64,000 bases of DNA from an uncultured delta proteobacterium. Lineage in GTDB: Bacteria; Myxococcota; Kuafuiibacteriia; Kuafuiibacteriales; Kuafuiibacteriaceae. Location of the stretch: the NCBI GenBank assembly GCA_963803435.1, contig CAWDML010000008.1:448001-512000 (forward strand), given 5' to 3'. The position numbers were made by a program, and so were the translations under genes. This document shows, piece after piece, positions 9,817 through 17,687 of this stretch (its first letter is position 1; each line of letters opens with the position of its first letter). Below the pieces are notes generated by a model that worked only from the letters and a program-made list of their open reading frames with translations, was not told the origin of the DNA and did no database searches.

Positions 9817-9843
9817 GAAACTCTCTGACTGTAGGTGCGATAA
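9817..9843 (+). promoter_or_regulatory. Putative sigma28/FliA-like promoter
   Basis: GAAA-N15-TGCGATAA versus consensus TAAA-N15-GCCGATAA, in an AT-rich intergenic region. The same architecture occurs at 55764-55790. Confidence 0.45.
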
Positions 9844-9889
9844 GTACTTCATACTACGTTCGTCTAAGGGCGGACACGGAGGAGAGACC

Positions 9890-10144
9890 ATGAGCGGTGA
9901 TATGAGACTCGGTGGCAGCGGAAGCGTTCAGACCGGCGGCAGCGGAAGCGTTCAGACCGGCGGCAGCGGAAGCGTTCAGGTAGGCAGCGGCGGCGCGAGC
10001 ATTCAGCGCCCCAGCGGGAGCGGCAGCGTGCAGCAGGGCAGCGGCAGCGCGCAGCAGCAGGCCGGCTATTCGCAGCAGGAGAGCTACTCCAAGTCGCCGA
10101 GCCTCAAGAGCTTCTTCGCGAAGTTCGGAATCAACATCCCCTGA
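9890..10144 (+). CDS. Small Gly/Ser/Gln-rich protein
   Basis: Strong GGAGGAG RBS, (GGSGSVQT)x3, and an amphipathic C-terminal tail SLKSFFAKFGINIP. Confidence 0.75.
   Translation: MSGDMRLGGSGSVQTGGSGSVQTGGSGSVQVGSGGASIQRPSGSGSVQQGSGSAQQQAGYSQQESYSKSPSLKSFFAKFGINIP
9911..9982 (+). repeat. 24-bp coding tandem repeat, 3 copies
   Basis: ggYggcagcggaagcgttcagacc units at 9911, 9935 and 9959 (third copy diverges at its end). Confidence 0.9.
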
Positions 10145-10283
10145 TCGGGGAGCGTCGGACTCGAGCGAGTGTCGATCTCAGCCGGATCGACGGACGGCTC
10201 GCTCGAATTCAACGGACGCGGGAACTCGGCTGACGACTCAAGACAACGAAGAGACGGGTTCGCAAGAGCTCGAGGGGCGAGAC

Positions 10284-12305
10284 ATGGATCTTCTATCATT
10301 CCTCAGGGGCGAGGACACCTCGCGGCGTTACCGCGAGATCGACACTCTACCGACCGGCGAGCCGACCCGATTTCGCCGCGACGACGACGAGCCGAAGATC
10401 GGTTCGTCCCACGACCGGTATGAGACCGCCCGGCCTCAGCTTCCCGTGACGCGCCCGCTCGAGCGGCTCAACACGGACAGGAGCTACGTCCGGATCAACA
10501 GCAACAAGACGCCGACGCTGAGCGCCACCGAGATCCTCGAGGCCGGCTCCGAGCGCGACGACCTGCTCGACCGCTACGGCCGCTACCTCACGGTGCTGGC
10601 CGGTACCGCGAAGGGCACCACTGCGGGCGCAGCACCCGAGCCGTTCAGCGCTTCGCGCGACGGCTGGAAGGCGTCCGTCACGGCGACCGAGGTCTCGATC
10701 TCGGATCCCAAGGGCCGCCAGCTCACGCTGGGAATGAAGGACGAGAAGCCGCACCTCAAGGGGCAGCTCACCGAGGGCCTGAAGGGCTTCCTGCTCTCCG
10801 CGTTCGAGCACCTCATGGTTCGCGAGGGCGTCCACGAGCAGCCGTCGGCGCAGGAGGTCGATCAGAACGTCGCCCAGCTCTTCCTCCACCTGCTCGGCCC
10901 GGGCGGCCGGTTCCAGAAGAACCGCCTGCCCACCAGCGAGCGGTTCGCCAAGCCGAAGCTCCTGGCCTACGACCTCAACGGGACCGCCGAAGGGCGCCCC
11001 GGCATGGGTACCGCCACCGACGTCCTGAACCGGATGGGCTCGGCGAGCGTCATCACGACGACCGTCGGGGCCGAGAGCGGCGAGCGCGCGATGAAGTCCG
11101 CGCAGGCCGCGTTCACCGGCTATCACGGCGGCTCCGAGGTTCGTCCCGGCGGCGGCAACAAGGTCTACGCGGGCATCGGTGCCGCGTACGGGCTCGAGGA
11201 GAGCCAGCTGAAGCATCAGCTCGCGGTGATCGGCGACAGCTCGACGGATGCGCCCGGCGACGTGGCGGACGTCCTGTTCGTCCACAACAGCGCGCGGACG
11301 CCTGCGGAGGCGCTCGAGGTGCTGTTCCGGGAGCTCGACCGGCGGGGTGAGGGCAGCTTCTTCAACGGCATCAACAGCCTTCGTGGCGACCGGCGGGGTC
11401 CCGTCCAGGCGAGCGCTGGTCCGCTCACGTTCAAGATCGAGAACGCGCGCCCCGGCAAGTACGAGATCCCGACGATCTCGGATCTGCAGGTGAGCTTCTC
11501 CGCGCAGCAGCTGGCGGAGGCCCTCGGGGCGCACAGCGACGTGCCCTCGATCGCGACCGTCGCCAAGCTGGCCCGCAGCTATCTGTCCGGCGTCGACGAC
11601 GCCCGGTTCGCGTCGATCGCGACCGAGCTCGCGAAGACCCCCGCCCGCGGCGCGCTCGCGGAGCAGGTGCAGCTTCGCGTCGGCCGGCGGCAGCGCGAGA
11701 TCGGCGCGGCTCAGGAGAAGGCGGCCCAGCTGCTGCGCTCCTCGCGGACCGATTCGGCGAAGGAGATGATCTCGGCTGTCTCGGGGCTCATCTCGACGGG
11801 CGATGCCGGGGTGCTCCAGACGATCACCGCCGCGGTTACGGCGTTCAACGAGGCCCAGAAGGACAAGCGGCCCGCGCGTCGTGCGAGCATCGCCTCCTTC
11901 ATCGAGCAGGCGACCTCCCGGATCTCGAGGCTGATCGATCGGGCCGAAGACGGCGAAGTGGCCTTCCCGAAGTCGGGCGGCATGTTCTCGTCGGGCACCA
12001 GCAAGCGTCTTCGCGAGCTGAGCGAGGACATCTCGTCGTCCCGAGATTGCGAGAAGGGGCTCGAGCTGCTCGACGGCGCGCTGGAGCTCGGCTCGCAGAA
12101 GAAGGTCGACCCGGACGATGTCGAGATGATCCGCGTCTCGACGCTGGAGCGGCTCCTGGAGGCGCTTCCGGCGCACCTCGAGCGGCTCGACGCTGCGGAG
12201 TCGCAGGTCGGTCGCCAGCTGTCGGAGCTCCTCGAGCGCGGCAGCGGAGCGGTCCGAACCCAAAACGAGATCTGGACGGCCATCGGCCGCGCCTACGCGG
12301 AGTGA
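10284..12305 (+). CDS. Hypothetical protein with central HAD-like domain and helical C-terminus
   Basis: KLLAYDLNGT resembles HAD motif I (DxN instead of DxD), SVITT motif II and VIGDSSTD motif IV. The N-terminus is charged and disordered-looking. Confidence 0.7.
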   Translation: MDLLSFLRGEDTSRRYREIDTLPTGEPTRFRRDDDEPKIGSSHDRYETARPQLPVTRPLERLNTDRSYVRINSNKTPTLSATEILEAGSERDDLLDRYGRYLTVLAGTAKGTTAGAAPEPFSASRDGWKASVTATEVSISDPKGRQLTLGMKDEKPHLKGQLTEGLKGFLLSAFEHLMVREGVHEQPSAQEVDQNVAQLFLHLLGPGGRFQKNRLPTSERFAKPKLLAYDLNGTAEGRPGMGTATDVLNRMGSASVITTTVGAESGERAMKSAQAAFTGYHGGSEVRPGGGNKVYAGIGAAYGLEESQLKHQLAVIGDSSTDAPGDVADVLFVHNSARTPAEALEVLFRELDRRGEGSFFNGINSLRGDRRGPVQASAGPLTFKIENARPGKYEIPTISDLQVSFSAQQLAEALGAHSDVPSIATVAKLARSYLSGVDDARFASIATELAKTPARGALAEQVQLRVGRRQREIGAAQEKAAQLLRSSRTDSAKEMISAVSGLISTGDAGVLQTITAAVTAFNEAQKDKRPARRASIASFIEQATSRISRLIDRAEDGEVAFPKSGGMFSSGTSKRLRELSEDISSSRDCEKGLELLDGALELGSQKKVDPDDVEMIRVSTLERLLEALPAHLERLDAAESQVGRQLSELLERGSGAVRTQNEIWTAIGRAYAE

Positions 12306-12308
12306 GCC

Positions 12309-12764
12309 GTGGAGCTGGGACGCATGGAGATCGCGATACCGTCGACCTGGGAGGATCGCTCGACCTACACCTTCATCGCACCGCGCGAGAAGGCGAGGAT
12401 CGGACCGAGAGCTCAAGACGACGGGTTCCGCTCGAACGTGGTGGTCACCGTGGGACCGGAGGGGAAGGCCGACGGGTTGGACGCGGCGACGAAGAGGGCG
12501 ATCGCTCAGGTGCGAGACAACTTCGGTGAGGTCGCGATCGAGATCGAGAACGGCCCCGAGATCTCCGGTCAGCCCAGCCGCCGGTTGAGCTACCGGATCA
12601 TCGAGCCCGGCGGAGCGCTCGCGCTGTTCCAGGCCCAGTACCTCGTGGAGGTCGACCGTACGGAGCGGATCTTCACGTTCACGACCGCAGCCGTAAACGC
12701 CAAATCGATGCTCCCCGCCATGGAGCAGATGATCCAATCGGTGCACGTTCGCGCCGCACGCTGA
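12309..12764 (+). CDS. PsbP/DcrB (DUF1795)-like protein
   Basis: IAIPSTWEDRSTYTF...FRSNVVVT...ISGQPSRRLSY...QAQY...FTFTT...MEQMIQS follows the Mog1/PsbP/DcrB fold pattern. Confidence 0.8.
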   Translation: MELGRMEIAIPSTWEDRSTYTFIAPREKARIGPRAQDDGFRSNVVVTVGPEGKADGLDAATKRAIAQVRDNFGEVAIEIENGPEISGQPSRRLSYRIIEPGGALALFQAQYLVEVDRTERIFTFTTAAVNAKSMLPAMEQMIQSVHVRAAR

Positions 12765-12777
12765 GGAGAGGACCGAT

Positions 12778-13143
12778 ATGACCGCCGCAATCAACCAGCA
12801 AGTCGTTCAATACATCGGTGATCGCTTGCGCACGGGGTTCAGTGGCGCGGTGCAGACGACCACCTGGCCGCAGGTGCTGCAGAACGCCGCCCGCCTCGGC
12901 AACCCGGTCGGCGAGATCCGCTCGGGTGACGATCTCGCGCGCGTCCCGCGGAACCAGCAGCTGCGGGCCGTCTACTTCCCGAGCGATCCGGGCGGTCCGG
13001 TCGTTCGCTGGGGTACCGGCACGATGAATCAGGTGCTCGGCGGCGGCAACCACGATCACTTCCACCGCTCGGGCGACAACGTCACCAACGGCAAGCAGGG
13101 CTATCTGACGATCGACAGCAGCGGGAACATGACGATCCAGTAG
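12778..13143 (+). CDS. Small hypothetical protein (QQxxxYxxxxxRTG N-terminal motif; HDHFH)
   Basis: GAGGAGAGG RBS; 121 aa, Gly/Asn/Gln/Thr-rich. Confidence 0.75.
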   Translation: MTAAINQQVVQYIGDRLRTGFSGAVQTTTWPQVLQNAARLGNPVGEIRSGDDLARVPRNQQLRAVYFPSDPGGPVVRWGTGTMNQVLGGGNHDHFHRSGDNVTNGKQGYLTIDSSGNMTIQ

Positions 13144-13169
13144 GAAGCGGACGAGGAAGGACGACCACG

Positions 13170-15176
13170 ATGTTGCGCAAGGCCGACCAGACGGATCGAA
13201 GCGGAGCGACCAGGGTGATTCATCCGTCGCCCGCGGCCGAGCGCCGTCGGCTGCGCGATCCGGAGAGCCTCGCCGCGCTTCACTCGGCGCGCCGGGTGAC
13301 GCTCTCGGCCGCGGATCGAGCTCGGCTGGCGAAGATAGAGTCGGGCGCGACGCCGACCTACGAGGCGCTCACCGAGCTGGTCAGCCTGGTCAACGCGAAG
13401 AAGCTGTCACCCGAGGAGGCGATCCTGCGGGTCGATGCCAAGTCGATGGCGAAGCTGCAGCTGCCGCAGTTCGCCACCGAGCCCACGGACCCGCCGGCCG
13501 CCTCCGGCCTTGGCGTGTCGAACGGATGCGCCAGCGGGATCGCGGTGTTCGATGCGAAGCGGGCCGCGGAGCTGGTCGCCCAAGGCGAGAGCGTGATCCT
13601 GGTGGTTCGAGAGATCACTCCGGACGAGGTCGCCGAGATGGCCAAGGTGCAGGGCGTGATCTGCACGATGGGCGACTACTCCTCGCACACCTCGGTGCTC
13701 GCACGCGACTACGGGATTCCGGCCCTGAACGGCAATCACTTCGACGTCGACGGCGGCGCGCGCTCTGCGGATCTGGGCGGCGTGAGGATCAACGAAGGCG
13801 ATCGGATCAGCATTCGTGTCGAGGGCGCCGACAAGGCCGAGGTCTTCGACAAGGAGCAGAAGATCGTGACGCACGCCGATCAGGCGAGCTTCAAGACGCT
13901 GCTCTCCTGGTGTCAGGCCTTCAAGGGTATAGACGTGCGCGCAAACGCGGATCTCCCCGGCGCCGTCACGCGCGCGATCGAGACCGGTGCGTCCGGTGTG
14001 GGGCTGGTGCGGACCGAGCACATGTTCTTCGGCGACCGCCGGAAGACGCTCCAGGCTGCGATCCTGACCCAGATGCCGGAGGAGCTCGACGCCCGCCTGA
14101 AGGAGCTCGAGCAGTTCCAGACCGAGGACTTCATCGGGATCTTCGAGAACGCCCAGGGCAAGTCGGTGTCGATCCGCCTCATGGATCCGCCGCTCCACGA
14201 GTTCCTCCCGGCGCGCTCGGAGGCCCGCGCTCGCTTGAACGTCGAGACGCTGGCGCATCGGTTGAACCTCGACCCCAAGGAGGTCGAGGCCAAGCTGCGC
14301 GAGAACCCGATCTTCGATCGGTGGGTCAAGGTCGACTTCGATCGGCTGTTCTTCACGGCCGAGCAGGAGTCCGACGAGATGATGGCGCTGGCCGAGGCGA
14401 TGGACTTTCCGCCGGAGCTCATCCACGACCTGGCGAAGCCTCTCCACGAGGTGAACCCGATGATGGGTCTCCGCGGCGTACGCCTGAGCGTTGCCAAGCC
14501 CGAGATCTACGAGATGCAGGTCCGCGCCATGTTCGAGGCGGCGGCGAAGGTCACGGCCGAGGGGACGCCGGTCGATCTGAAGATCATGATCCCGCTGGTC
14601 AACACGCCGGAGGAGGTCGATCACGTCCGCGGCATCATCGAGCGTGCGAAGAAGCAGGTCTCGGACCGTGTGGGGCGCGATCTCGACTATCACCTCCTGG
14701 TCATGGTGGAGACGCCAGCGGCGGCGCTGCGCGCGCACGAGCTGGCGGACCGCTGTGACGGCTTCTCGTTCGGCACCAACGACCTGACGCAGTTCACGCT
14801 GGCGATGAGCCGCGGTGATGCGGCGCCGGTGCTCGACGCTTACAAGGGCGCGGGGATCTCGACGGTCGATCCGTTCCAGAAGATCGATCCCGAATCGGTC
14901 GGCAAGCTCATCTCGGTGGCGATCGGCTTTGCGCGTCACTCCGGAACGACGGAGCGACCGGACTTTCCGGCCGGCATCTGTGGCGAGCAGGGCGCGGATC
15001 CCGCGACGATCGCGGCCGCGCGCGAGTGGGGCGTCGACTACGTGTCGGTGTCGCCGTACCGGGTCGCGACCGCGCTGGTGGCCTCGGCCCAGCAGAACAT
15101 CGAGGCCTCGAAAGACACGGGCAAAGATCGCGGGCTCAAGCTGGTCGATCTCCTGGCAGCGAGGAGCAACTCTTGA
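13170..15176 (+). CDS. Pyruvate phosphate dikinase-derived protein lacking the N-terminal ATP-grasp domain
   Basis: PPDK signatures: SSH phospho-His, GVGLVRTEHMFF, IRLMDPPLHEFLP, EVNPMMGLRGVRL, FSFGTNDLTQ, GICGE. Only ~70 aa precede the EEAILRV linker. Confidence 0.88.
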   Translation: MLRKADQTDRSGATRVIHPSPAAERRRLRDPESLAALHSARRVTLSAADRARLAKIESGATPTYEALTELVSLVNAKKLSPEEAILRVDAKSMAKLQLPQFATEPTDPPAASGLGVSNGCASGIAVFDAKRAAELVAQGESVILVVREITPDEVAEMAKVQGVICTMGDYSSHTSVLARDYGIPALNGNHFDVDGGARSADLGGVRINEGDRISIRVEGADKAEVFDKEQKIVTHADQASFKTLLSWCQAFKGIDVRANADLPGAVTRAIETGASGVGLVRTEHMFFGDRRKTLQAAILTQMPEELDARLKELEQFQTEDFIGIFENAQGKSVSIRLMDPPLHEFLPARSEARARLNVETLAHRLNLDPKEVEAKLRENPIFDRWVKVDFDRLFFTAEQESDEMMALAEAMDFPPELIHDLAKPLHEVNPMMGLRGVRLSVAKPEIYEMQVRAMFEAAAKVTAEGTPVDLKIMIPLVNTPEEVDHVRGIIERAKKQVSDRVGRDLDYHLLVMVETPAAALRAHELADRCDGFSFGTNDLTQFTLAMSRGDAAPVLDAYKGAGISTVDPFQKIDPESVGKLISVAIGFARHSGTTERPDFPAGICGEQGADPATIAAAREWGVDYVSVSPYRVATALVASAQQNIEASKDTGKDRGLKLVDLLAARSNS

Positions 15177-15697
15177 GCGCATTCTCCCCAGAGTCCGGTG
15201 CGCGTCCCTTGGTGGTGAAGGATCTGGTCCTTCCGGTACCGACCAACTGGACCGTCGAGGAGCCCAAGCAGAAGGGCGTCCGTGTCGATGTCGGTCTGCT
15301 GTTCGCGGTGGAGGCGGCAGACGAGGACGTGTTCGTGCGGACCCACAAGGCGCCGCGCTTCGAGGGACGTCTTCTCGTGGAGTGCGAGCCCCTCGAAGGC
15401 GCGCTGACGCCGTACTTCGACGAGCGGATGGCGCAGTTCACGAAGAACATCCCGTCCGCGCGGGTGGTGCGCCACGAGGCGATCGACCTCGCCGGCAATG
15501 AGGCGATCCTCCGCGAGCACCTACTCACCGGACCCGGCGCGGCGCTGTATCGCCAGCGGCTGGTCGCGACGTCCCACGAAGGGACGGCTTACATCCTCGG
15601 CATGACGAATACGGCGGGTGCCGTGTTCGATGCGGCTGTGCGCCTGTTTGACGAGTGCCTCGAGCATGCATCGTGGCGGCTGGATTCCGAAGATTAG
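15173..15697 (+). CDS. Second PsbP/DcrB (DUF1795)-like protein
   Basis: TTG start overlaps the upstream TGA, with a GAGGAG RBS. LPVPTNW...IDLAGNEA...RQRLV...AYILGMT...FDECL fold pattern. Confidence 0.72.
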   Translation: MSAFSPESGARPLVVKDLVLPVPTNWTVEEPKQKGVRVDVGLLFAVEAADEDVFVRTHKAPRFEGRLLVECEPLEGALTPYFDERMAQFTKNIPSARVVRHEAIDLAGNEAILREHLLTGPGAALYRQRLVATSHEGTAYILGMTNTAGAVFDAAVRLFDECLEHASWRLDSED

Positions 15698-15726
15698 ACG
15701 AAAGCAACGATAGGAGAGAGCGAGCA

Positions 15727-16164
15727 ATGGCAACCCTGAACGCGACGACCTGGCAGCAGGCGAGGACCTACGTCGACAACTTCTTCCGAACCGGCGACAT
15801 CAGCGGAAACGGGAACATCCAGATTCCCGTGCCGAAGACCGCCGATGAGTTCGTACCGGTCGCGGAGGTGGTCTTCCAGCAGATCATCGCGCAGCACGGC
15901 GGTGATCCGAACGCGTATCACAATCACACGGGCACTGCGGGCGGCTTGATCGCGATCCTCGACAAGATCCGCACCAGCGGCAACCCGGCGCTGGCCAAGA
16001 GCCTCGCGCAGTCGATCTATGCGAACGGCTCGGGCGTGGGTTACGTGGCGACGTCGCAGGGGCAGGTGCAGTTCAAGGGCACGAGCGGATGCACGCGCTC
16101 CGACCTGGGCGCCTACCTTCAGGGTGGCGGCGTCTTCGGTGGCATCTGGGCCGGACGGCAGTAA
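15727..16164 (+). CDS. Small hypothetical protein (QQxxxYxxxxxRTG N-terminal motif)
   Basis: AGGAGAG RBS; MATLNATTWQQARTYVDNFFRTG..., 145 aa, Gly-rich. Confidence 0.75.
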   Translation: MATLNATTWQQARTYVDNFFRTGDISGNGNIQIPVPKTADEFVPVAEVVFQQIIAQHGGDPNAYHNHTGTAGGLIAILDKIRTSGNPALAKSLAQSIYANGSGVGYVATSQGQVQFKGTSGCTRSDLGAYLQGGGVFGGIWAGRQ

Positions 16165-16381
16165 GCCCTACGATCTCTTTGTGAAGATCCTGAACCACCT
16201 CGGTGGTCCACGGTCTCCCCGGTGGAGGGCTCCGCATGGAGAGCGCCCGTCCCGCGCTCTATGCGGAGACCCTCCTTCTCTTCGAGCCGCTAAGGATCGC
16301 CACCGGTGCAAGGTCGCCCGGCATCCGTAAACGCGCGCGCAACATGGCTGGATCGGCGCCGGCCGTGCTATGCGCTCAGCC

Positions 16382-16786
16382 ATGCACGCGACGCATGTAC
16401 ATCGCCTACGGGTCCCGTACAGCGATACCGACCCTCGCGGTCACGTGTGCTTCGCCAACTATCTGACGTACTTCGACGAAGCACTCGGCGGATACTTTCG
16501 CTCGATCGGATTTCCCTGGCTGCGGCTGGTGGAGCTCGGTGTCGACCTCGTCCACGCCAACGCGAAGGTGTCCTATCACGCGCTGGCCGCGCTCGAAGAG
16601 GTGCTCGACGTGGAGGTGTCGATCGCGAAGGTCGGTGCTGACAGTCTCACCGCCTCCTGCGCCGTGAAGAAGGAGGACGGATCGCTGGTGGCGACCGGAG
16701 AGCTGGTCAGCCGCTGCGTCGATCGCGAGACGATGAAGTCGACCCGCGTTCCGTCGCTGATCCGTGATGCCATCCGAGCCTCGTAA
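16382..16786 (+). CDS. Acyl-CoA thioesterase (4HBT/YbgC hot-dog family)
   Basis: RVPYSDTDPRGHVCFANYLTYFDEA motif. Confidence 0.9.
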   Translation: MHATHVHRLRVPYSDTDPRGHVCFANYLTYFDEALGGYFRSIGFPWLRLVELGVDLVHANAKVSYHALAALEEVLDVEVSIAKVGADSLTASCAVKKEDGSLVATGELVSRCVDRETMKSTRVPSLIRDAIRAS

Positions 16787-17687
16787 GGCGATCGTCTTTC
16801 ATCCGAGCCAGCGGCCGTCCGTGGTCCGCGCGCGTTTGATCGAGGCGGTCGAGGCCCGGCGGATCCCCGGCCGTTTCCTCTATGATTCGCCGGCCCAGGC
16901 GTCGCGCTACCTTGCGTATCAGCGCGCCTGGGCGCCGCGGGCCCTCGGCGGACTCTACGATCGGGCCTTCGCGGCAGCCATCGCGCGGACGGAGCGGCCC
17001 TACCGTTGGGTCGGCCTCGGCTGCGGCGGCGGGGCGCGCGATGCGCGGTTCCACGAGATGGCCGGCGTGCCCGCGCTGCTCACCGACACCAGCCCGTCGC
17101 TGCTCCTCGAGGCGATGGAGCGGATCGTCTCCGCCGAGGGCCTGGCCGTAGATCTCGAGGTGCAGCCGGAGCGCGCGGCGTTCGGAGAGGACCGGGCGCT
17201 CTTCGGAGCGTTCGGGCTCCTCCCGAACTTCGAGCACGGGTCGTTCTTGGGCTGGCTGTCGGCGCTCCTTCGGGCCGGCGAGATTCTGTTGCTCTCTGCG
17301 AACCTGGCGCCGGACGGGGACCGCGCCGCAATCGTGGCCCAGTACGACAACGCCGAGGCGCGCGCCTGGTACGGCGGGGCGCTGTCGGAGCTGGGGCTGT
17401 TCGACGCCGAGGTCGTCGTGCGCGCCGCCGGGACCGACGAGGTCTGGCGCATCGAGGTCGAGGCTCGCCCGCGGCGGGATCAGGTGCTCTCGATCTTCGA
17501 TGCGAGCATCCCGATCGCGAGGGATGAGCCGCTCGGGCTCTTCTCCTCCACGCGCTTCACCGCCTGGGCGCTCCCGCCGATCTTCGAGGCGGCCGGGCTC
17601 GCGCTCCTCGAGCCCTTCGTCCATGAAAGCGGCGAGGAGGGCGTGTACCTGCTCTCGAAGGTCACTTCGCCGCGGGCAGGAAGCTGA
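16767..17687 (+). CDS. EgtD-like (histidine N-alpha-methyltransferase family) SAM-dependent methyltransferase
   Basis: IPGRFLYDS, GLGCGGGARD, FGLLPNFE, LLLSANL, AQYDN and FSSTRFT resemble this family. Confidence 0.7.
   Translation: MPSEPRKAIVFHPSQRPSVVRARLIEAVEARRIPGRFLYDSPAQASRYLAYQRAWAPRALGGLYDRAFAAAIARTERPYRWVGLGCGGGARDARFHEMAGVPALLTDTSPSLLLEAMERIVSAEGLAVDLEVQPERAAFGEDRALFGAFGLLPNFEHGSFLGWLSALLRAGEILLLSANLAPDGDRAAIVAQYDNAEARAWYGGALSELGLFDAEVVVRAAGTDEVWRIEVEARPRRDQVLSIFDASIPIARDEPLGLFSSTRFTAWALPPIFEAAGLALLEPFVHESGEEGVYLLSKVTSPRAGS

Noticed and set aside
9911-9982. Possible CRISPR mini-array
   Set aside because: The repeats are contiguous and in-frame, with no spacers and no cas genes.
10347-12794. 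815-aa antisense ORF, and similar long ORFs at 13407-15182, 26501-28690, 29404-31692 and 45008-47329
   Set aside because: Shadow ORFs opposite well-supported genes, expected in high-GC DNA, with no recognisable motifs.
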